A stretch of DNA of 63,800 bases, filler included, from Octopus bimaculoides (taxonomy: Eukaryota): assembly GCF_001194135.2 (NCBI RefSeq). It is 6 parts of 6 records of this genome, joined end to end, with 100 filler letters (N's around TTAATTAATTAA, not from the genome) between each part and the next. Parts side by side here need not be neighbours in the genome. Positions count along the whole stretch, not along the records: positions 45,415 to 50,979 come from NC_068998.1; positions 51,080 to 57,867 come from NC_068989.1; positions 57,968 to 62,596 come from NC_068999.1; 3 more parts are not named here. One strand, 5' to 3'. Shown here piece after piece: positions 46,569 through 58,571 of this stretch (position 1 is its first letter; the number at the start of each line of letters is the position of its first letter). The notes under the pieces are model-generated. The model saw only the letters and a program-made list of their open reading frames with translations. It was not told the origin of the DNA and searched no databases. A program made the position numbers and the translations under genes.

Positions 46569-48666
46569 ATGAATGGGAGAAAGAGAGCCTGCCGAATGTT
46601 GACCCAACAGAGGAACCAGCTATCCTAATTGACAGTACCTTGGTAGATAAAGCGACCAAGAGTATAAAGACAGGGAAAGCCCCCGGCCCATCACAAATCA
46701 CTGCAGAGATGCTCAAAACATCTGGCAGCGTCAGCTATGACCAAGTCACCCATATAATTAACCAGATGATACACGAAGGAGTCATACTCAATTACTGGTG
46801 TAGCAGCACCATAGTCAACTGCTACAAAGGTAAAGGTGACACTTTAGACACAAACAATTACAGAGGTATCAAGTTGTTGGACCAGGTAATGAAGGTCACG
46901 GAGAGGGTCATAGCCCAACTAATTAGAGAGAGAGAGTCAGCTTAGATGAGATGCAGTTTGGATTCATGCAAGGGAAAAGCACCACTGATGCTATATTTCT
47001 GGTAAAACAGCTGCAGGAGAAATACCTAGCCAAAGATAAACCTCTGTACCTGGCTTTCGTTGACATAGAGAAAGTCTTTGACAGGGTCCCCCGCTCCCTT
47101 ATCTGGTGGTCAATGAGGAAACTAGGGATAGATGAATGCTTAGTGAGAGCTGTGCGAGCCATGTACAGAGACGCTGTCAGTATGGTGAGGGTTGGCAACG
47201 AGAACAGTGAAGAATTCTGGGTAGAGGTAGGGGTCCATCAACGTTCAGTCCTCAGCCCCCTCCTATTTATCATAGTCCTCCAGGCAATAACACAGGAATT
47301 CAAGACAGGTTGCCCCTGGGAGCTCCTCTATGCTGATGACCTTGCTCTAATTCCTGAGTCACTATCAGAACTAGAGGAGCAGTTTCAGGTGTGGAAGCAA
47401 GGAATCAAAGGGCCTTAGAGTCAACCTAGCTAAAACCAAAGTCCTAATAAGTAGAAAGGTAGACAAACCACAAAGCTCCTCAGGTAGATGGCCCTGCTCG
47501 AAAAGGTGTAGGTAGAAACTCTATAAGATGTACCCAGTGTAAGCTATGGACACATAAGAGATGCAGCAATATCAAAGGAAGGGTAACTAGGAAGTTAGTT
47601 TTTGTATGTGGCAGATGTTCAGGAACAATAAATACTGAAAATATGCAGAAAACAACTTCTGCCCCATTCCAGGGAGAAAATCTAGAAGTACTTGGTAGCT
47701 TTCGTTACCTAGATGACCAAGTCAGTAGCGGGGGGAAGGTGCACTGAAAGTGTAGCTGCTAGAATAAGACTAGCTTTGGCAAAGTTCAGAGAGATCTTAC
47801 CTCTGCTGGTGACAAAGGGCCACTTGCTCAAAGTAAAAGGCAGACTGTATGACGCATGTGTACGAACAGCCATGCTTCATGACAGTGAAACATGGGCTGT
47901 GACAGCTGAGGACATGCGTAAGCTCACAAGAAACAAAGCCAGTATGCTCCAATGGATGTGTAATGTCAGTGTGCATACTCGACAGAGTGTAAATACCTCG
48001 AGAGAAAAGTTGGACCAAAGAAGCATCAGTTGTGGTATGCAAGAGAGATAATTGCGCTGGTATGGTCATGTGGCGAGAATGGATGAGGATAGCTGTGTGA
48101 AAAAGTGCCACACCCTAGCAGTTGAGGGAACCTGTGGAAGAGGTCGACCCAGGAAGACCTGGGATGAGGTGGTGAAGCACGACCATCGAACATTAGGCCT
48201 CACCGAGGCAATGACTTGTGACCAAGAGCTTTGGAAATATGCTGTGTGTGAGAAGACCCGGAAAGACAAGTGAGACCATAACCCGTCGCCTTTACCAGGG
48301 ATGTAGCCAGCTCACTTATGCGTACCTTTCCTTTTTTGGACACAAAACTCAGCTTGTGAAGACCTGTTGGGCAAGTGCAATCGAAACTGAACCAAATTCG
48401 ATGACTGGCACCCGTGCTAGTGGAGCGCTAACAGCACCATCCAAGTGGGATCACTGCCAGAGCAGCGGTCTCGCTTTCGTGCCGGTGGCACATAAAAAGC
48501 AACCAATACACTCTCGGAGTGGTTGGCGTTAGGAACGTTATCCAGCTGTAGAAACTCTGCCAGATCAGATTGGAGTCTGGTGTAACCATCTAGTTCGCCA
48601 GTCCCTAGTCAAATCGTGCAACCCATGCTATCATGGAAAGCAGACATTAAATGATGATGATGATGA
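46569..48666 (+). mobile_element. 5'-truncated RTE-clade non-LTR retrotransposon (RT + embedded PHD-like finger + 3'-UTR + (GAT)n tail)
   Basis: KAPGPS...YRGIKLL...QFGFMQGKSTTDAIF...LAFVDIEKVFDRVPR...GVHQRSVLSPLLF...ELLYADDL (47329-47340)...GRGRPRKTWDEVV. It has frameshifts. The tail is shared with family D. Confidence 0.92.
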
Positions 48667-49836
48667 TATACATACAAATAATATATATATATATATATAN
48701 NNNNNNNNNNNNNNNNNNNNNNNNNNNNNNNNNNNNNNNNNNNNNNNNNNNNNNNNNNNNNNNNNNNNNNNNNNNNNNNNNNNNNNNNNNNNNNNNNNNN
48801 NNNNNNNNNNNNNNNNNNNNNNNNNNNNNNNNNNNNNNNNNNNNNNNNNNNNNNNNNNNNNNNNNNNNNNNNNNNNNNNNNNNNNNNNNNNNNNNNNNNN
48901 NNNNNNNNNNNNNNNNNNNNNNNNNNNNNNNNNNNNNNNNNNNNNNNNNNNNNNNNNNNNNNNNNNNNNNNNNNNNNNNNNNNNNNNNNNNNNNNNNNNN
49001 NNNNNNNNNNNNNNNNNNNNNNNNNNNNNNNNNNNNNNNNNNNNNNNNNNNNNNNNNNNNNNNNNNNNNNNNNNNNATATATATATATATATATAGATAT
49101 ATATATATACACATATATATAAATATATATATATACATATATAAGAGGCCAAAGTGTACGTACACTGCCATATGTATATAAAAAGGAATACAAAAAATGC
49201 GAAACATCCAGACAGATGATACAAAAAAGGGACAAGAAAAAACAAGGACATGTCATTCGGAGTTTTTCATTCCTCAGTCGAGTTCCAGATTATTTTTGCA
49301 ATTTCTGCTGGTTTGCACCAATCTGGCCAGCCCCAGGGAAAAACTAAGCTAAGAGCACTAGATTCCTTGGAAGAAAGCAGCGATTGTATATGAAAATAAG
49401 GACAGAAAAAAAACAGAAAATGGTACACAAATACAAATGCAAATAACAGGACATTAACAACAGGTATCTTTTGACTAAGGAAGAATTAAATCAAGCTGGC
49501 GTGTGTGAAATGAAGCCTTACGGCAGGGACATGAGAGATGACAGGCATGGGAAGGAATATAGATGTTGCACGGATGGTAGTCGAACCAAAAAAGAAAGGT
49601 CAGTCTTGGCTGAACACTGGTCTCGTGGAGAGAGAGGGGAGAGGTTGAAACAGAGAGATAGAAGAATTAGGGAGGGACAAGAAGAAAAAGAGACCGAGTG
49701 AAGTGAAAGAGGGAAGGTGAGAATGAAGAGAAAGCCAGGAAATGTGAGAGAGGGGAAACAAAAGAAAGATAAGTGTGAAGGGGCTGATAGAAAGAAAGAA
49801 TGAAAGAATAAGAGAGTTGTACAAAATTTAGATATA

Positions 49837-50600
49837 CTAGCAGCATAGCCCGGCTTTGCCCGGGATTAAGTTAGGATTATTAAGCTAATCAAGTTCTTTA
49901 TTTCAAACCAAACTAAGTAACATCGACGTCAAATTTGGGCGAAATCTGTTGAAATTGGTAAACTTTAGCTGAAAATAGGTTGCAGACAACTTGATTGAGT
50001 AATCCCATAAGGAATCGGTTTATCGATTTTTTCCACTCATTGATTTTTTTTTTTTTTTCGTTTTTGGAGAACTTAAAGCATTCAAAGATCCCGAAGTAAT
50101 GCTGGCATCAAGTTTGAACAAAATACATCAAAATTGGTAAAAGTTATGGTTGAAAGTGGGGTGTAGCTAATTTTATTGGGAAATCCTATAAGGAATCTGT
50201 TTATTTATTTTTTTTATCCTGATTAAATGGAAAACCCCATAAGGAATCATTTTATTGATTTTTCACCCCAAATAGGACTTAACCGAACAAAATATTGCTG
50301 ATTTAAAAACATCTATATTTATACTTTAAAGTTAGTTTTTACACCCAAACAAGTTTTGCAGAATCAGTGTCGCGACGGGAGCGCATGGGTTGGGAGTTCA
50401 ATCAGCAGAGGTGATCAGGTTGCATATGTCAGCCATTTGAAAACACTACCCCCATCATCTAACCCTCCTTTGCCCATGGGTTGGGAACCCTTCCAGCAAG
50501 GGAAATAGGATGGCCAAAAAGGCATTCTATTTTTCTTCATTCTATTCTCTGTGTCAGAAGCGGTTATGCTCAGATCACAACTCAGTCTTAATTATATATA
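49837..50600 (-). mobile_element. Non-autonomous Helitron
   Basis: The minus-strand 3' end reads CCCGGGCAAAGCCGGG-CTATGCTG-CTAG|T (hairpin + CTAG). The 5' end lies in (TA)n at ~50600 (TATATAATTAAGACTGAG). Confidence 0.7.
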
Positions 50601-50604
50601 TATA

Positions 50605-50979
50605 TCTTAATATATAAATCTGAAATTGTGTGTTTGTGTGAAGCCTTTTTGAAAGTTTATAGAAATCCACATTTTCCACTTTTTCGTAAAAATTTTTACA
50701 TCAATGGAATTTTCTCGATGTGAACTTTCCAGTACAGTAATTAGATTTTTAAAATTCCATTTACTTTGTGTAATTTAAGGGAGATTTGGCTGTTGTTTCT
50801 AGCAACTTTTATATTTCATCCCTTCTACCTGGAACGCCATTCTTACACACGCGCTCAACATAAAAATATAGAGAGTAAGAGTTAAAGTGGGAGAGGGAGA
50901 GAGAGAGAAAGTGATACATACAACGTCATAGATTAAACTTTCATCTCAGTATTCTTTACCTATTTTTCATAACATAGAT
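50605..50979 (+). mobile_element. Probable Helitron 5' end, divergent from the previous element
   Basis: A|TCTTAATATATAAATCTGAAATTGTGTG start, typical of Helitron 5' ends. The 3' end is not seen before the gap. Confidence 0.4.
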
Positions 50980-51079
50980 NNNNNNNNNNNNNNNNNNNNN
51001 NNNNNNNNNNNNNNNNNNNNNNNTTAATTAATTAANNNNNNNNNNNNNNNNNNNNNNNNNNNNNNNNNNNNNNNNNNNN
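50980..51079. other. Artificial scaffold gap with TTAATTAATTAA linker
   Basis: 44 N + linker (51024-51035) + 44 N. Confidence 0.95.
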
Positions 51080-51139
51080 TATATATATATATATATATAT
51101 ACACGCACACATGTTTGTGTGATATGTGTGTTAAATTTC

Positions 51140-51149
<10 letters not shown>

Positions 51150-51170
<21 letters not shown>

Positions 51171-51375
51171 TGTCTGTGTTCGTCCCACACCATCGCTTGA
51201 CAACCAGTGTTGGTGTGTTTCCGTCGCGTAACTTAACGGTTCGGCAAAAGAGACCGGTAGAATAAGTATCAGGCTTTAAAAATGTCCTCGGATCGATTTG
51301 TTCGACTAAGACTCTTCAAAGCGGTGGTTCAGCACGGTCTCAGTCAAATGACTGAAAGAGGTAAAGAGAGTAAAA
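51150..51375 (+). mobile_element. SINE family C, 3' half
   Basis: GTGTCTGTGTTCGTCCC...CGCTTGACAACC...CGTAACTTAACGGTTCGGCAAAAGAGACCG...CAGTCAAATGACTGAAAG. Confidence 0.8.
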
Positions 51376-53129
51376 AAGATTGAGGTTTTTGTTTTTATTG
51401 AATTCTGCATTGGATGTTCTAAGTGCAATTGGATGGTTAACTACAACGGATAATCGGGTGAATACTTTATGGCATTATGTTTCAGAGATCTTTTATGCTT
51501 TAATTCGTTAATTCTTTTATTTCTTTGTCATTAGTCTGCAGCCATATGGGGTAGAAAAGACTGCGCTGGGATATATATAAGCAACACCTTTTTTATGGAA
51601 TACAGTCATATACTGTATATCAGCATAAGAAATATTAGTGGAACAATGCCCATCAGAAGTGCAAACACACAGACCTGGCATGGTTATATGGGACTGAAAA
51701 GTTAGGTGCAACCATTGAGGTTAGCTGCCCTGAACAGTGAACATCCCTTCTAAAATCAGCGAGTATGAGAACATCTACGGAAAAAGCTATGAAACCAGAA
51801 ACTCTTCTACACTGAATATAAGTTCACTCTCATACCAATAATTAATGGTGTCTAAGCCACAACCTGAAGAAGGTACGATGTTCTAGTGAGAGACTTGCTA
51901 ACATTTAACTTTACAGATGCAACCTGTAAGTAGATCAGGAGCCTTCGATTTTTCTATCCAAGAGGTTTCCTAACTCAATATTTACATATTATCTATAGCT
52001 TTATTGCTTCGAGTTTCACTGTTCCAAGAAAGACTTATTTCACGCTCTCTTTAAATTTCTAAATGCTTATGATATCAACGAAACACACACACACACACAC
52101 GTGTATATGTATATGTAGAGAAAGAGAGAGAGAGAGAGAAGAAAGTCATTTTATTCCACACGGGTAAATATCTAGAAAAAAGAAGCTGAACATGCACTGG
52201 GAGTCTTTTAAATGTTTTTTTTTTTAAGGTTTAACCGATTTCACAGACATTTTTATTTTTCAGAAGTTAACTNNNNNNNNNNNNNNNNNNNNNNNNNNNN
52301 NNNNNNNNNNNNNNNNNNNNNNNNNNNNNNNNNNNNNNNNNNNNNNNNNNNNNNNNNNNNNNNNNNNNNNNNNNNNNNNNNNNNNNNNNNNNNNNNNNNN
52401 NNNNNNNNNNNNNNNNNNNNNNNNNNNNNNNNNNNNNNNNNNNNNNNNNNNNNNNNNNNNNNNNNNNNNNNNNNNNNNNNNNNNNNNNNNNNNNNNNNNN
52501 NNNNNNNNNNNNNNNNNNNNNNNNNNNNNNNNNNNNNNNNNNNNNNNNNNNNNNNNNNNNNNNNNNNNNNNNNNNNNNNNNNNNNNNNNNNNNNNNNNNN
52601 NNNNNNNNNNNNNNNNNNNNNNNNNNNNNNNNNNNNNNNNNNNNNNNNNNNNNNNNNNNNNNNNNNNNNNNNNNNNNNNNNNNNNNNNNNNNNNNNNNNN
52701 NNNNNNNNNNNNNNNNNNNNNNNNNNNNNNNNNNNNNNNNNNNNNNNNNNNNNNNNNNNNNNNNNNNNNNNNNNNNNNNNNNNNNNNNNNNNNNNNNNNN
52801 NNNNNNNNNNNNNNNNNNNNNNNNNNNNNNNNNNNNNNNNNATATAAGCTTAAAGCGATCGCCGTGCAATGACTAAGGAAGATAGTCTAATAAAGGGGCA
52901 TATAAGCCCTCGACAGAAAAAGGAAACCTTTCCTATCTGCGTAGGACTTTAACCTACATCCCTTTGTTAACGCGACTAAGTGTGTTACCTTTACACTAGC
53001 GAATTAGCCTCCCCGTTTCTGTCAAATTTAAGAACTATATTAATTCGTATTTGCTTTTATGTAAACAAACTTTCTATATGCTTTCGGGGCCAATGACTTT
53101 TTTATACTGCGCTGTATAATGTTGCAAAC

Positions 53130-55695
53130 TTTAAATTATCAAGCAACTTGCAAAGATTCCACAATGCTAGAGAAAGTATCAATTTTGACACAAACAATCT
53201 ATGGGAAGATTTCAAAACAAAAGTATTTCAGGCTGCAAGTTCGTCAGTGGGATTTAAATCACGTAAGTCCAATGACTGGTACTTAGATAGATCACCAGAA
53301 ATTCATGATCTACTTTTAGAAAAACAAAACTTAGGCAATACACTTCTTTCTCAGTCCTTGAACTCCAGCTCAAACGAAACTTACAGAAAACTTAAGAAAG
53401 GGAAAGCTGAAAGGAAAATTAAACAGGAATGGTGGAGTGATAGAGCAAAAGGGCACAAGAAGCAGCTGATAGAAATGATGCCAAGGGTTTGTACTCTTAT
53501 TTTAAGGAGGTATATGGCCCAAAATGTTCTTCAATAGCTCCAATGAGAACAGCAAATGGATGTTTGCTTCTGACCGACACGACTTCTATTCATAAGCGCT
53601 GAGTAGAACATTTTTCTGCACTTTTGAATAGACCATCATCCGTTGACATGAGGATGAAAGAAAAAATCGAACACCTTCCAGTTATAGAAGAGATGGCATT
53701 TGAACCAACTCAAAATGACATTTATTTAGCTGTGATGGAATCTGTGCAGAAGTTTTGAAATATGGGAGTGACAAAATGTTTGAACTTTTAAATATATTAA
53801 TTTGTCACTGTTGGAGAACAGAGAAAGTGCCTCAAGACTAGATTGATGCCATTTTAGTCTCCTTGTATAAATCGGGCTCCAAAGGATCTGTGTGATAATT
53901 TTCGTGGGATTTCGCTTTTGTCTATGGTTGGAAAGGTACTTGCCCACATTTTGTTAGAACCTTTAAATACCTTCATATTTCAAAATATAGTGTCTGGGTC
54001 TCAGTGTGGTTTTCGTTCCTCCAGGGGCACATCTGATTGTATCTTTACTATCAGACAATTGCAAGAAAAGTGAATTGAACAGAATCTTGCCTTATACCAT
54101 TGCTATGTTGATTTGAGCGAAGCATTCGATACTGTTAATCGAGATGCTCTGTGGCTAATTCTAAGGAAAATAAGTTGCCCAGAAAGATTTGTAAACATGA
54201 TCAGGGCATTGCATCAAGATATGAAAGCTGAAGTTAATTTTGGTAGTAGGCTCTCTGAATCTTTTGCCGTGGAAAATGGAGTAAAGCAAGGAGACCTTGA
54301 TGCACCCAGCCTCTTTGCAATATACTTTGCAGTTGTGTTGTCACACGCTTTTCAAAAACTCCGAGGAGAGTATTTACGTAAAACGTCGAACAAAGTATAT
54401 TTTTAATCTGACCAGACTGAAATTCAAAACGAAGGTTTTTACTTCACTCATTTGGAAACTCTTATATGCTGACGATTGCGATCTTGTCAGTCATTCTGAA
54501 ACAGGTCTGCAATCTCTTGTATCTGCATTTGACTCAGCTTTTGATTATTTTTGGCTTGACCATGAACTTGAAAAAACAAAGCAGTTGTAATGCATCAACT
54601 TGCGTGTGGTGCTGTTTGTAACCCACCTAAAATTTCTGTTATGGGTAAGTTACTTGAGGTTGTTGATTCGTTCATCTAACTTGGAAGCTGTGTATAAAAT
54701 GATGGAAATCTTGATACAGAAATACAGCTGCGAATTAAAAGGGCAGCAAAAGCATTTGGTGGTTTGGAGTTACGCGTTTGGCGCAAGCGACATATAAATA
54801 GCAATATAAAGTTAGCTCTTTACAAATCATTTATCTTACCATCCCTGTTGTATTCTTGTGAAACATGGACATCTTATAAAAGACATTTTAAATTGTTAGA
54901 ACAATTCTACCAAAAATGCTTCATCGCATTTAAACATTAAATGGAGTTCTTTAACTCCAAACACAGATGTCCTTGCATCTGCAGGCATCACCTCAATTAA
55001 AGCTATGATTTTGAGAAACCAAATGAGATGGTGAGGCCATACTGTTCGAATGGCGGATAAACACATGCCCAAACAGCTGTTTTATGGTGAGCTTGCAGAG
55101 GGGAAACGCTATCGGCGTAAACCTAAAAGAAGGTTTAAGGACGGCATAAGGACCACTATGAAGTCACTTGGAATGGATCCAGAGGACATAGAAACCCTTG
55201 CTTTGGATCGAGCTGGATGGCGCACAAAAGTGTGGAGTGGAGTAAAAGCATTTGAAGAGGCCAGGATAATGCATGTAAGACTCAAAAGAGATTTAAGGAA
55301 GAATGTAACGATCGAGAAGGTGAATCAAAATGACCTTTTTGTGTGCACTGCTTGTGACAAACCATGCCTTTCTTTTGCTGGGCTCAAATCTCATCAGCGA
55401 ACGCTTGGAAAACGAACCTCCACCAACTATTCTGCCTATATGTCTGTATACACCTTTGAATGCAATGCATTCCAGAAGGTTTGCAAATTTAAAGGAGGCC
55501 TCAAAAGACATTTTAAGACCCACAAAGATCAGAACTGATCTGCAGCTCTTGGTGGTCCAAATCAGATATGCAATCTATGTGAGTGTCTTTTCAGAACATT
55601 GTCTGGTTTAAAAAGCCACATCAGATGCCACGGTGGTTTTAAGGTGTAGGTACAGGAGGTGGTCAAATTTTGCATAAAGAGTAGACAACCACCTT
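53130..55695 (+). mobile_element. 5'-truncated RTE (BovB-like) non-LTR retrotransposon with three C-terminal C2H2 zinc fingers, degenerate
   Basis: NFRGISLLSMVGKVLA...SQCGFRSSRGTSDCIFTIRQLQEK...VDLSEAFDTVNRDALW...NGVKQG..APSLF...LLYADDC...MPKQLFYGEL..GKR.RRKPKRRFKD. Fingers at 55344-55631; (TA)n tail. Confidence 0.9.
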
Positions 55696-56029
55696 ATATA
55701 TATGTATATATATATATATATATATAAAACCAGAAGTGCTCCTAGTAATTTCATGCTGTTATGATACTTGAACAGGCATATTTATAAAATACGCCATGTA
55801 TCTCCAAGCAATCTTTCAGGCCCTATTTATGCGTTATATATTTTTTAAAGCCAAGGACGCTGGACAGTGAATAAATAAGAAAAACACGTGGAAAAACCGT
55901 GAAGAAGATTGGTGCAAAAAAATGGAATGAGGAAAAAAAATGAAATCAAGAAAATTGAGATACTCGTCTTCCTTGATTGGAAATACAACTAAATACTAAA
56001 TACAACTAGTATAGCATAGAATAACAGAA

Positions 56030-56640
56030 AATATGTCAAAGTCTGCGAGACAGCAACTCAATCCGGAGTGGGTCGTGTCTTCCAGTTCCATAAAAGAATC
56101 CTGTCCATGTGTTTACACCTGCTAAAAATGTCCGGAAACTACGTATGCACACATTGAACGATGTGTAGAGACATTGTTTATTAAAATATATTTCACCTTC
56201 AAAATTTCATAAGCCATACAGACAGAATTTGTTTTCAAATTGATGACTACTAGTCCAGTTTCTGTTGACAACGCGAAGCAATGGAATAACAAATATCAAG
56301 AAACATTTTATTCAGGATTTGTGTACCTTCTTGTTCAATGGCTTCTCTCATTCTATCGACTGTTGTCGGTTTTGTACTATAAACTTGATCTTTTAAGTAT
56401 CCCCATAAAAATTGTCTAGTGGTATGAGACGTCGGGTGAATGTGGAAGGTGTTTTACTGAAAGTTTTCGTACAATTTAGCTGTGAAGCAAAATCTATGGA
56501 AAGCCCCCATCTTGCTGGAAATAAACTGCACATCCTCAAACTCCTCTTCAATGCTTGGCATGACAGATTGTCGCAGCGAGTTCAAGTAAATGGGACAATA
56601 TCTCCTTGAATGCAATATTTCAAATCAGGAAACTTGCGAA
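56030..56640 (-). mobile_element. Tc1/mariner-superfamily transposase C-terminal fragment and 3' end
   Basis: SVMPSIEEEFEDVQ.YFQQDG...PPHSPD...FLWGYLKDQVYSTKPTTVDRMREAIEQE...IASRCQQ...HQFENK. Confidence 0.8.
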
Positions 56641-56742
56641 ACAAAAGTATACACACTAGTGTGTGTGTGTGTACGTTACTTAGTGAATGTTATTAAATAA
56701 AACAATAATATCACAACTTAATGATGATACATCCGCCATTGA

Positions 56743-56811
<69 letters not shown>

Positions 56812-57114
56812 CTGAGACGTATAAAATGGGAAACGAAATATAAAAGACGCCCGCGACAAGGTCTTAACCCTAATCTAAGTTACCCGTGTTATTTTTGTGT
56901 ATCCGCCGAATTTTCTCTAACAACGCCGCCTTCCTGTCATCGGTTAAACATTAAACGAAATTTGCACCACTGCATTTATATATACACATACACATATACA
57001 CACATGTGTGTATATATATATATATAAAAGAACATATATACACACACACGCACACATATGTACGTATACATTTATACACATATATGAATGTGTGTGTGCG
57101 TATACACACACTCA

Positions 57115-57145
<31 letters not shown>

Positions 57146-57256
57146 ATATGTATATATGTATATATATGTGTGTATACAGAGGTACGTATATATATATATA
57201 TATACACACACACATACACATATATACAGATAATAGATATAGATGTGTGTGTATAT

Positions 57257-57289
<33 letters not shown>

Positions 57290-57693
57290 AAAGTGGGGAA
57301 AATAGATGGAGAGTTCATTTCTTTAATCAATTCCGCCAATGGGTAGGGGTGGCCACGATATAAAAAGAACTGCAGCAAACAAGAAACCAACGTAACAAGG
57401 AAATAATGAAAACGCCGAGTGACAGGAGAAAGGGTGAGGCGTAATTTTCATTGGAATTCAATTAATAATGATTGGTCCTTTCGGTTTCTTTTGTCCAGCT
57501 CACGTGGGAGTGTAGTATTTTGTGATTGGATAATGTTACAAATTGTCAACAAGTTTGGAAGAAGACGGACACAGGAATGTATTGGCGTATGAAAATACAC
57601 TCGCACAGGCAACATTTTCATACCCACATACATATATACATACATACATCCGCACGCGTGTGTGTACATACACACACACACACACACACACAC

Positions 57694-57732
<39 letters not shown>

Positions 57733-57867
57733 TATAGATATCAGTGTGCAATACCTTACCAAAAAGGAAAACTATAATTGTCACTAAAAATGACTAGGGT
57801 GTTAGAAACACCTACATTGCTAGAAATAAGAGCTAAAATGCTCTAATGCTGTAGTCAAAGCGCATAA

Positions 57868-57967
57868 NNNNNNNNNNNNNNNNNNNNNNNNNNNNNNNNN
57901 NNNNNNNNNNNTTAATTAATTAANNNNNNNNNNNNNNNNNNNNNNNNNNNNNNNNNNNNNNNNNNNN
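57868..57967. other. Artificial scaffold gap with TTAATTAATTAA linker
   Basis: Linker at 57912-57923 flanked by N runs. Confidence 0.95.
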
Positions 57968-58538
57968 TATATATATATATATATGTACATCTGTACACAT
58001 ACACACGCACTCATATGGATGGGTGTGTTTACTTTTGTGTGTATCCCTGTCAACATATACACATAAACACACACAAACACATATATGTCTGCACATGTGA
58101 GTGTCTGTGACTTTATTACGCAATTATATTATATGTAAGCGAATATTCCCCACTATTCAATGATAGATATTGGATTAAGATCTGAATAATATTAATTGAA
58201 TTCGTACTACAGAGGATTATATGATGATATTCAGCAGCTACAAAACAAACTCTGATGTTGACACACGGAGACAGACATACGCTATACGAAAATACAAACA
58301 GACGTATACAAACACATGCACACACACACACACACACACGGACACACACACACACACCTGTACGAAGAGATACACAAACTCACACACTCAGACACACTCA
58401 CAAAGTCATACACATACACGTATACATATAGATGCACATATGTATATTGACAGTTGTATATATAGATGAAAAACTAAGAAATTCAATAAGAAGGTAAATA
58501 ACGGTAGATTGATACACAAACATTTACACACATACATA

Positions 58539-58571
<33 letters not shown>

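Noticed and set aside
49245-49290. Minus-strand CTGAGGA…CTCCGAAT-GACATGTC motif
   Set aside because: GAAT replaces GAAA, stem II does not pair and there is no NUH in register.
51540-51890. Possible Penelope remnant ending in CCTGAAGAAGG
   Set aside because: Translation is too degraded to show GIY-YIG motifs and the second half of a hammerhead is absent.
58213-58255. Possible terminal exon GLYDDIQQLQNKL*
   Set aside because: Weak polypyrimidine tract, only 13 codons and no link to other exons.
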